A stretch of DNA of 59,035 nucleotides, counting the filler, from Catajapyx aquilonaris (Eukaryota), in the NCBI GenBank assembly GCA_000934665.2. It is 4 parts of 4 records of this genome, joined end to end, with 100 filler letters (N's around TTAATTAATTAA, not from the genome) between each part and the next. Parts side by side here need not be neighbours in the genome. Positions count along the whole stretch, not along the records: positions 44,370 to 59,035 come from JYFJ02007718.1; 3 more parts are not named here. The stretch is one strand, 5' to 3'. Shown here one piece after another: positions 49,636 to 59,035 of this stretch. Position 1 is the first letter of the stretch; each line of letters begins with the position of its first letter. The position numbers and the translations under genes are program-made. The notes under the pieces are model-generated. The model was given only the letters and a program-made list of their open reading frames with translations, did no database searches and was not told where the DNA came from.

Positions 49636-50941
49636 TACACAGTTCATAGATTATAATGTCATTTTGCGAGGGCTATATAGTATTAGTCACCATCATCTCT
49701 TCTGCCTCCAAACCAGATGAAGTGGACATTGGATGTGCGCATAGCCCACTGTGGATAACGCCCACACACAACTGCAACTGCTTAAAACCATACAGAGATT
49801 GCTAAATGTTGCCATAGTTGGCTCTGTTTTGCACATATAATAGCAAAGAATATAGCTTTCCTCAGACAGAGTCGTGTTGCAACTATAGCTGATCGTGCCT
49901 TCAGAATATTGCATGAGGAAGCCCATATATGTTTCTCCATCAGTGGATAATATTTGTTTAGTATTTTAGGCACTGGCACGACGCGACTACAATTGTGTTT
50001 TTTGTTGTTCACAGTTGATCCACGTGATGCCAATAATAAATGGGACAATTTGAGCGACGCAAACACACACAGTGCGATGATAGCAAAGAAATGCACAAGA
50101 TGTAGCCTATATACGTATCTTTGGATTTTTTTATATATATGATTCTATAGTAGGACACCAAACTACTTGTCATTTCTCAGCTAATTTTACTAGTTCTGAT
50201 TGTCACTGAACGGGAAAATGCTGTTAGATGAGAACTCTTTATATTATTCAGGAACGTCAGGAACCTCGAAAATGTGGGTACGGTATTTAGGGAAATGAAA
50301 GCCTATTGAGAAAAAAATTATGCTTCTCACCAGGATTTTGTCTTCATTGCAACAACAAGAAAAGTTGAGGTCCCATAAAGTGTGTAACATTGATCATTCC
50401 AAGTAAAGGCCAATCATGTAGGAGGTCACAAAATACTGTATATCCTGTGATGGTGGTTTACAACTAGTCTATACTCTTAATAAATCCAATTTAACGATTA
50501 CCATAACGCGCATGTCCTGTCCATGCACCAGTTAGAAGGAGGCCTCTTCAGGGCAGGAGTATCCAGGTCGATGATTCCAACGGGCCAATCATGATCCAGG
50601 ATAATATAGTCGGCTTCTATTCCACCTATAGACATGACTTTCCCTATATTAACACACCCTTGTCTTAACTGATTTTATTGATCACTACATAAATGAGGTT
50701 CTCTCAATAATTGATCAATGATATTAACTCCACGGTAGTTTGCAAAATGGCTATCTATGGAAAATCGTAATCGGAAACCCGCATGATCACCAACAGCATG
50801 CTGGACCTTCAATAGTACAACCCCAGGTGATATTTTAATTACACTACCTGTCAGAAGTCTGAGCTCACCCTCCCAAATACTTGCATTTTTTATTTCTGCT
50901 TGTGTCAACAGAACAAAAATGTTATCCCATTATGTCCTGAG

Positions 50942-52523
50942 TAGGGTGGAGAGAAAAAACCAAAGTTGTCCGATTAAATCGCACGGGGTGTCAAAAGTTG
51001 TGTATGGACAAGTTTAACACTGGTGATTTTTTTTAAAGAATTTTCGTACGTCATCTTCTTTTGTCGCCAGAGCCTTCAAGTTTGGCAATTTTTGCGAGAA
51101 CAACACATATTACATTATGCAACCATGGAAATTCATCGCTATTTCCATGTTGCTTAGGTCACTGGTAACTCATAATTGCGCATTCATTTTGTCTGGTATT
51201 TGTTTTTGACCTTGGGTCGGTTGCAGTCAAAAAACCAAATACCTCGAAATAGTGCATACGGGTAATTCCGAATCAAGTAGGCCGAAATGTTGTTAGACCA
51301 TCTCGAAATTTGCTGAAAAATATCACGGCTGTACGTGACTATGCCATAACACGTCATGTCAAGTTTCAGCCAAATTACGCAATACTTTTGGGAGGGAAAA
51401 ATCGCGAAACTTATGGAAACAGTGAAAATCAGGCCATTTTGGATAATTTTTTCGGTTAGTGGAAGTGGTTACACACTAATAAGCAATACAATAAATGAAT
51501 CACGGGGGGGAATCCTCTATCGAATTAGTTTTTTTTTTAGGTTACCCGGTGATAGAGCTCGTGGCCCTCTTAGGGGGATAGGGGAAGTTCCCAATGAGGG
51601 CGCCGTGCGATAGCCATTTCTGACATTCTTTAACACCAGACCTTTTCTCCTGGCCCCGAGCAGAGAAGGGAGTGCAATTCTGCTCCGGCATGTCGGGTGA
51701 AAAGCGGAAAAAGACCCGGCCAAGCAGAGGTGACGGGGACGGGATTTGAACCCCGGCCTCCCGCTTGGCTGGCCAGCGGCGTAACCGCTAGACCACCATG
51801 CCGCCCCCTATCGAATTAGTTCTCCTCTCAAATATAACCAGAAAATTTCGCAATTCTTGGACATGTGGCCGAGCCCGTGACCGATGGAATGCCACGCACA
51901 TTTTTCTTGTTACACTTTAGGGGAAAACTAATTGCATAGACGCATTCCCTTCGTGATCCTCTTTCATTTGATGTATTGCTTATTGGGGTTTGACCACTTC
52001 CACAAACCGAAAAAATTGATTTTCACTATTTTCGTAAATTTCGCGATTTTTTCCCCTCCCAATGGTAGGTTTGGCAGGCGTGATTTGGTTGAAACTTGAC
52101 ATGATGTGAGGGCATAGTCATGTACAGCGATGATATTTTCAGCAAATTCCGAGATGGTCTAGCAACAGTTCGGCTCACTTGATTCGGTTTGACCCATATG
52201 CACTATTTCGAGGAATTTGGTTTTTTGACTGCAACTACCCCAAGGTCAAAAACAAATCCCAGACAAAATGAATGGTCAATTATGAGTTCGCAGTGATCTA
52301 ACCAACATGGACATTGCGATGAATTTCCATGGACGAAAATCGTGTTGCATAATGTAATGTGTTGTTCTCGCAGAAATTGTCAAACTGGAAGGCTCTGGCA
52401 ACAAGTCAAGGTCCAGTACAAAAATTCTTTTAAAAAAATACCAGTGTTGTAATTGTTAATACTCAACTTTTGACACCCCGTGCGATTTAATCGGACAACT
52501 TTCGTTTTTTTCGCTACACCCTA
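50942..52523. mobile_element. Non-autonomous hAT-type foldback element with 8-bp TSD
   Basis: TAGGGTG...CACCCTA termini, perfect GTCCTGAG duplication (50934-50941, 52524-52531), ~580-bp diverged inverted arms. Confidence 0.92.
51531..51807 (-). mobile_element. Full-length tRNA-Gly-like SINE with poly(A) tail and 14-bp TSD
   Basis: Head GGCGGCATGGTGGTCTAGCGG...GCCAAGCGGGAGGCCGGGGTTCAAATCCCG; A tail; TSD ctatcgaattagtt at 51517-51530 and 51808-51821. Confidence 0.92.
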
Positions 52524-53018
52524 GTCCTGAGGTTAGATCAAGACCCAAGCTATCTGTGACATAAGAGGTGTAAACTTCCTACATTACACTGATTTTCTAG
52601 AGATGTGTTGCCACTATTGTATTACAGCCCTTGTATGTTTGAGGAATACACAAAGGCATTTGGGGTTTAATTAATCAGTAACCTGACACTGTCAATTCTC
52701 ATAAGCTTGGGGTCAAAAATGACCCCACGATACCACTTAACGGTTAAAATATGTATGCAGATTAATCTTGAAGTCATATGTGCATCATGATGGAAACCAA
52801 CATGTATAGAAATTAGAAAGTACGTACATACCAATAAAACCGAGGGAGTGATCCAAAGAGCATTTTAGTGTCTGTGTAATGTGTGTTCTTAATTTTACCA
52901 CACTCACCCACCATTCCACACAGCTATATCCCATCCCCTCTCCTGACACATTTATATTTAGGTGCAAGGATGAATCGCAGGAGCACAACAGGTGGGGTGG
53001 GACGAGGAGGGGGGGGGG

Positions 53019-53281
53019 TAATTTTTACCCGTAATAGGTATAAAGGGTAAGAAAATACAAGGTAAAATATGCGTCCTGGTTACCCTATAATACAAGGTAT
53101 AAATGTGGAAGGTAAAATAACCTATGGCAAGAAAGTGGCCATTTTTTACCTTACATTAGAGGGTAAATTATTCTTGGGTAAATTGATTCTAAGGTAAATG
53201 TTGCATGTATTACCTTAGAAAATCTAGGGTAAAAAGGGCCTCTTTTTTACCTTCTCTAGAGAAGGTAAATGGCTAAGAGTG
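53019..53281. mobile_element. Partial CMC/CACTA-like non-autonomous element with ggtaaa/tttacc subterminal repeats
   Basis: Many ggtaa/ttacc motifs ending in ...taagagtg (reverse complement CACTCTTA). Confidence 0.5.
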
Positions 53282-53399
53282 TACAAAAAGGACGAAAGGA
53301 GAAATAACATACAGACACTAATGTTTGATTGACATTTAAGAGTGATATTTTTGGTTGTACATTCTTCTTTACTCAAATGCGTCAAGTTAGCTGTAGTGG

Positions 53400-53895
53400 C
53401 AAAGAAGGTTTACTGCCTTTCCCAACAGCATAACTTACTTAGGCTATACAGAACATTATTTGTTACTTGGCTATATTATAAAAGAAAGGTTTGGAAACAC
53501 TGCTCTATTGGACGGTCATCGCTCATAAAACCAGTTGAGAAATAAGCTTTTCCGAGTACGTGTGTTACCCAATCGATCCCAATGATTCTGCCTTTTGCAT
53601 AGTTCGTGATGTCATTTTGGCAAATCTTCCAGAAACAGTGATACCATAAACCCCCAAGAAAGTGCCTCGTATCCGCAAATTATGGATCAGGGAATAAATC
53701 CACCCGAAGGATATTAAGATTCTGGGTGAGTTTCCTTCCGGTATTTTGTTGGAATTTTCTTCTCAATCAAGGTGAAATATAGATTGAAGATCCCCTCCTG
53801 GAAATGGCTTGCGAAATTTGTTTGAATATCTATTAATGCGAAAAGGACTATGCTTATTCTCACTAAAGTGGCCAAAATTATTACAATACGGCACA
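53400..53895 (-). pseudogene. Frameshifted IR pseudogene (M1-pore-M2-S2 region) of the IR-C/D type
   Basis: Minus-strand pieces EENSNKIPEGNSPRILISFGWIYSL, GFMVSLFLEDLPK and GKAYFSTGFMSDD match IR-C EENPNTIPEGDAPRILISFWWIYSL, GFLASPQQEDLPK and AKPYYSTVFMSDD, with indels and stops. Ends approximate. Confidence 0.85.
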
Positions 53896-54311
53896 TTCAA
53901 AATCTATCGAAAATTAGATAATGCAAGTAAAAAGTGAAATGCAATAAGCGGATGTATGCGAAGGTTATTTATTGGTCACACAATATAATAATTATTATTT
54001 TGTGATCATAAGGATTTGATTTCCTTAATTGATATTGCAGGTCTTGTATTTTCATGATGGTTAGTCGGAGAGTGCAACAGGGTGACACATCCAGTCTAAT
54101 TCAGCTGTATTTAAATGTGCAGTTGGACAAGCAGAGTGGGCTTGTATAATAATAAATTATGGAGGAGGTATTTTATTGCTATAACCTCTCAAGTGCAACA
54201 TTATTTCAATCGGCCATTTGAGAAGCGATATCATTCTATCAAGGAGGCTTGGACGCGACATTTACACTACATTTGGGAACTGACGTTATATGATTAGTGA
54301 TGCTCTCGTTT

Positions 54312-56249
54312 CTAAGGGTTCCCCGATGGATGCTCTCGGTGTTGTACATATTTCCAACATAGTCTTTCTCCAATAAAGAGCAGAGTCCCTCCTCCCCAGC
54401 AAAATATGAATAGAAAATATACTATTCCTCTCAACTGATCAAAATTCAAAGCCATCGACAGCTCGTACAATCTGTCAGTTTTTCTTGCATCCCTAAGTCC
54501 CAATCGATGAAGAGTGTAGGTCAAGTACTCGTCGTCTTTGGCCATCATGCCAGAACTGACGTAGTAATACGACAATTTGTCAATTATGGGTTGCCACAAA
54601 CTGTGCTTGTCAAAAATATATCCACCGTAAAATAACAGATCAGCATCTGCAGCAACAACTATTGGAATTTTCCCTGCCTTGTCTACATATTGAGCCCCAA
54701 AAGCAAGCAAAAAGTTACGTGGTGATACGCAAGCAAAGTTTGTCGCTATTGCTTTACTAACACATATGTTGAGGTCGTCCTCGTCACTCATATGCTCACC
54801 AATGGGTTGGAAATAATCAAGGTCATTGTCAATGAAAATATTAGAGAAATACGGTTTTGCTGGTCCCAGAGTTCCCCACTTCCAGTGGTCACGTCGATTG
54901 CCGAGCTCTTGATACGATTTAGGCAAATCTTCCTGCTGTGGCGATGCTAAGAATCCGAAATACAGGGCTTCGTATCCACAGATTATGACCAGGGAATAAA
55001 TCCACCAGAAGGAGATGAACAGTCGGGGAGAGTCTCCTTCAGGTATTTTGTTGGGGTTTTCCTCAATCAGGGTTAGAAACACGTATCGTAAGGAATAGAG
55101 CATAAGATTTTCTGGGGGACGTGTATCGGTAAACGGATTTTTGTACGATTTCTGCAATTTTAACAATCCAAAAAGGATGAAACTGCCCGTTATGATAGAG
55201 AAAATAATCAGCATCCACATATGGCCAGTATAAGGCATCAATAAAGAGTTCCATGAATAACTGGGCCTGGAAGTCCTTGTGATAAATGTCATGGAATATA
55301 CCTTCGGAAATGCAATTTTGACAACCGCGCTGATATTTGTAAGAATAGTGATTGCTACCTCTGATTTTCTATGTATGATCGTACCGGTGGTTCCGGTGTA
55401 ATTTCCGTCAGGCAGCAAGTTGTCCGGTATCACACCGTCCTCTATCTCCACTTCGTGCAACGTCCAGCCAAAATTAAATTTATTGCTTGACAATAACAGG
55501 AAAATTGCAATGGGGAACATAGGCACTAAATTGTCGAGCATGTACTGCAATTCCTCCTTTGCTAGAGGGAATAAAAATGTTCCGTTGATTGCCTTGCCAT
55601 ACAAATTTGTGGAATAATCAGGGAACAAATAATCATGTATGTCGCTACCCTTTTTATACTGACCGACATGCACCACTTTTGGCCCACCCTGATCGCAATA
55701 GTGACAGTTCGCCATCACCTTGAGCGAGCGGGAGTCCTGGTCGAACTGGATCCCGACCTGAAAGAGCATGAGTTGGGCGATGGGATGCATCAAGACTGTG
55801 TCCAGACCTCCGTCCCTGGGCCAGAAGAGGAACCTGTCCCTTCCGGTGTCCATGAGGTGAAGAGTGGCCGCGTGGACCACCAGAGGAGACAAGGTGTCCA
55901 GTGTCCCGAAGGCGAAGAGGAAGGTGGCGCAGGGGTCCAGTCTCCTGGCCTCCGGTCTGTGCAGCCAGGAGAACCAGTACTGTCCACTGGCGTCCACTGG
56001 TGTCCCGTCCCACCTCACCACCGCCACTTCCTCCGATCCATTGTTGATCAGCCGGTTAAACGAAGAGGGGAACACCAACCAGTCGCCGCACAACACCAGG
56101 AGACACTCGGGTCTCGAACCACGGACATCTTCCACCAGGGAGGCCACCAGCTCTTCCTCTTCCGACCCAACATATGGATATGACATGTGGACGTCTTGTC
56201 CAGAAGCGATGGAGACCAGAGTCCAGATACAGACTGCTACCCCCACCAT
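54312..56249 (-). CDS. Intronless divergent ionotropic receptor IR-D, ~645 aa
   Basis: Single ORF, true ATG at 56249 (MVGVAVCIWTLVSIASG); same domain order and motifs as IR-C. Confidence 0.93.
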   Translation of the reverse strand: MVGVAVCIWTLVSIASGQDVHMSYPYVGSEEEELVASLVEDVRGSRPECLLVLCGDWLVFPSSFNRLINNGSEEVAVVRWDGTPVDASGQYWFSWLHRPEARRLDPCATFLFAFGTLDTLSPLVVHAATLHLMDTGRDRFLFWPRDGGLDTVLMHPIAQLMLFQVGIQFDQDSRSLKVMANCHYCDQGGPKVVHVGQYKKGSDIHDYLFPDYSTNLYGKAINGTFLFPLAKEELQYMLDNLVPMFPIAIFLLLSSNKFNFGWTLHEVEIEDGVIPDNLLPDGNYTGTTGTIIHRKSEVAITILTNISAVVKIAFPKVYSMTFITRTSRPSYSWNSLLMPYTGHMWMLIIFSIITGSFILFGLLKLQKSYKNPFTDTRPPENLMLYSLRYVFLTLIEENPNKIPEGDSPRLFISFWWIYSLVIICGYEALYFGFLASPQQEDLPKSYQELGNRRDHWKWGTLGPAKPYFSNIFIDNDLDYFQPIGEHMSDEDDLNICVSKAIATNFACVSPRNFLLAFGAQYVDKAGKIPIVVAADADLLFYGGYIFDKHSLWQPIIDKLSYYYVSSGMMAKDDEYLTYTLHRLGLRDARKTDRLYELSMALNFDQLRGIVYFLFIFCWGGGTLLFIGERLCWKYVQHREHPSGNP

Positions 56250-56260
56250 GGCCAAGCCCA

Positions 56261-56299
56261 AACTGATCAGTCGCTATTGTTTCCACTTCTATTTATATA
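56261..56299 (-). promoter_or_regulatory. TATA box plus consensus initiator of IR-D
   Basis: TATATAAA (56299-56292) and TCAGTT (56266-56261). Confidence 0.75.
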
Positions 56300-57462
56300 G
56301 ATAATTCGAACCACATTTGGCGACAGGTAAATTTGGTTGGCATATTCCCTTACTTCGTCAAATCTTTGCACCGCCATTTGAGGCTCAAAATACTTGCCTG
56401 GTGTACTGTAGAGGCAGAATAGGCAATGGCAGAATAATGAATAATGTGGGTCAATACTTAGGGATTGCGCAATATGACGTAATGTAGTCAGAATTTTAAA
56501 ATCAATATTCTGAAGACATTACGTCATATGAATACATCTTATGATTGCGTCACATAATAATTATTTTAATGATGCCACGAACAAGAAAATGTCACTCTTA
56601 CATACTTACATATCCAACGAAAGTGCTGCAGCTATTGACATTGTATTTTGGGAGATTTATTTTCAGACGACTTTTGAATTTCCTTCCTTGCTGGCATTGT
56701 TGTCTTATCAGGCCTAACCACATTCGGATAAATATTTTACTTTATTTCCTCCTTCCCTCAGTCTGAGATGAAGATAAAAAAACCCTCTTATGTAACTATA
56801 TCATGGTCGCGTGCTTCCTATGGACTATGGAGAGATCACGTTCACTGCTACAGAGATGTGATTGACATTGTTTCCGTCCCACCCTCGTTCGAATTCCTAG
56901 GGTAACTTGGATAGCAGGTACAGGAATAAATGACAGCCAATTACAGTGATGAGTAAGTACTATTTCACATTAGACCTACAATGATTGTGAAAGGTAAAGA
57001 AGGAAATCACTAACAAATCATTTAGAATACGATTAATCCTGGATAATTTTCTTACAGGATCAGCATACACTAACGACCCCAACGACAAACTACGACCACG
57101 TGAAGAATGATGGGTTCAAATCAAGGGGGTAGTCACTTCGGTGCTCCGGTGTACACTTTCGTTAGTGCTCCCAGGTGCGCTTTTGGCGCTCCCTGGCGTT
57201 CCCTGGCACTCCTGGTACTCCCTTGGTCCTCCCAGGTGCTCCCAGGTGAAGCTGAGGTGGAGCTGAGGCCGACTTAAGCCCAGGGGAATTCCCCGCTCGT
57301 CCCTCGGCTCGCCCCTGCCTTCCAATCGAGCTGCCAATCCAACATGAAGGCGTGAAGGCCGGTGAAGGCGCACGAAGGCGAGGTCTAGGCAAAGGCGGGC
57401 AGCCCGGGCAGCTCTACTCGTGTCTACTCATACTTGCTGCGACTTGCTCGGACTTGCTGCTT

Positions 57463-57778
57463 ACTTGGGCGTACTTACTCGTACCTGGGTCTACGTCAGT
57501 CTACGCTTGGTCTCCTGGTCTGCGCCTGGTTGGCGCCTGGTCTACACAAATGTCTACAACCGTCTACAACGGTCTACAACGGACTGCACCAAGAGGTACA
57601 CCGAGGTACACATGTGTACCTCGGTGTTCCTCTTGGTGCAGTCTTGGTGTACCTCGTCGGTTGTAGACCGTTGTAGACGGTTGTAGACACTTGTGTAGAT
57701 CAGGCGCCAACCAGGCGCAGACCAGGAGACCAGGAGTAGACCCAGCGTAGACCGACGTAGACCCAAGTACGCCCAAGT
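57463..57778. repeat. ~316-bp loopless imperfect palindrome built from short tandem motifs
   Basis: Centre ggtacaca|tgtgtacc at 57612/57613; arms contain (gtctacaac)x3 and cctggtctgcgcctggttggcgcctg mirrored. Confidence 0.92.
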
Positions 57779-58374
57779 GGTCGCCCAAGTTTGTACCTGC
57801 AGGTATACGCACTTGGGTACACATCGAGAAATATGCGGAAATGTGTGTGTCGGCATGTGTTTTGCAGGCTTAAATTCACGTAAATTAATATAAATATTTT
57901 TTTAACTAAGCCATCTCTGGCCCCTCCGGCCCCGTCCGGCCCGGCTCCGGCCATCTCTCAGCGATGTTGCCCGCGAGGTTGCCCGCTCTTTTTAACCAGT
58001 TTTAACCGGTTTTAACCCTTTGACGGCGGGGTTTTTTTGAGAAGTTTTTTTTTTCTTTTCTTGACCATAATTCGCCAAAATTTGTAGGCCTAGTCGCTCG
58101 CCTAGTCGAAGTGACGAACCAAGTGACCGAGCAAGTGACGAAGGGTCCGCGAAGGGTGATATCGGGCGAGGATATCGGGGATATCGGGTGATATTAATGA
58201 TAAACAATATGTTCCAATACGCCCATACGTTCCAATGTTTATCATTTTAACTCGTGGAGGCCCGTTTGAATACAAAATGCATCGATTACAAAAACTAACA
58301 TGTCGAAACTCTCATTCAGAACTACGTTCAATAAAGTCTGTACCGGTACTTGTCCAGCATTTAATAACGAAGAG

Positions 58375-58464
58375 TACTGGTGCTCCCTGGCGCTCCTGGT
58401 GCTCTCTGGTGCTCCTTGGTGCTCTCTGGTGCTCCTTGGTGCTCCTAATATTTGGTGCTCCAGT
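58375..58464. repeat. Tandem (tggtgctcc)-like array
   Basis: About 8 imperfect copies; related array at 57141-57248, both adjoining gtgtacactt. Confidence 0.8.
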
Positions 58465-59035
58465 GTACACTTCTGTAATAGATGTCGAATAACTTCCATG
58501 GATGTGTTCTTCATTCGTAAAGACCATCGGAGTTGTGTCCTCACTCCTACCCCACTACTAAATCACGCCGGAAATATCGATTGCGCATGTTTTTCTACTG
58601 AAATATTCACGTTAACGTCTGTAACTACAGTCGGTTCCTGATCTATTGTCACATGGGTGATCCTGCTGCACTTTTTCGCACTTTTTATAATTCACGTCAT
58701 CTTGTTTTCTAAAGTAGAGCTCAGTGCCTAATTTCAAGTCAGATCTTTATTTTTTTATTTTTTGCATTCATAAGAGCCATTTTATTGTGCTTATAATGAT
58801 TGTCACATCAACATGTTTCCTAAACAAACTCTCAGTCCAGGCCATTCCCAATGTCCAGTGATGGCATGTGAGTGTTCATAAATGAATCAATTCGAAGTAA
58901 ACAAAGGGAGAAAAAACATATCCCGCCAAATCGATGCAGGTGCGATGGTTGATGTGATGGTGGCAGCATCAACAACCCTACAAGGTATATTAGCGGTTGG
59001 AAATGGTGTCATCTCGCGGCAGTGGCTGACACCTG

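Noticed and set aside
51730..51807. Functional tRNA genes (also 14045-14121, 31275-31333, 49506-49580)
   Set aside because: Acceptor and anticodon stems do not pair properly, and each continues into a SINE body, two with TSDs.
5980..56249. One continuous 50-kb IR cluster
   Set aside because: The two arrays are on different contigs joined by artificial linkers in size order.

Overview
Eukaryotic DNA, most likely an arthropod (spliceosomal introns, variant ionotropic receptors, arthropod-type TATA+TCAGT promoters, insect-type SINE/MITE/Helitron content). The window is four ~14.7-kb pieces (14697, 14692, 14680, 14666 bp) joined by 100-N spacers that carry a TTAATTAATTAA linker. The steadily falling sizes suggest size-sorted unplaced contigs, so adjacency across gaps is probably artificial. 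Contig 1 holds a spliced RBBP5 (COMPASS/MLL subunit) gene with an apparently novel S/TQ-rich N-terminal exon, two tandem 3-exon divergent ionotropic receptor (IR) genes and the tail of a third. Contig 2 has no recognisable gene: minisatellites, a Helitron, MITEs and a dispersed CTCF-like module. Contig 3 is a dense pile of MITEs, foldback elements and Tc1/mariner relics. Contig 4 holds two intact intronless IRs, a gap-truncated IR, IR pseudogene fragments, a hAT foldback element with a nested SINE, and a stuttering-repeat/palindrome region. Most interesting: (1) in both IR arrays the same N-terminal segment is nearly identical and GC-rich between paralogs while the ligand-binding lobes diverge, a constant/variable mosaic suggesting localised GC-biased gene conversion; (2) the extended, diverged RBBP5. 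All alignments and counts were done by eye and no database searches were run.
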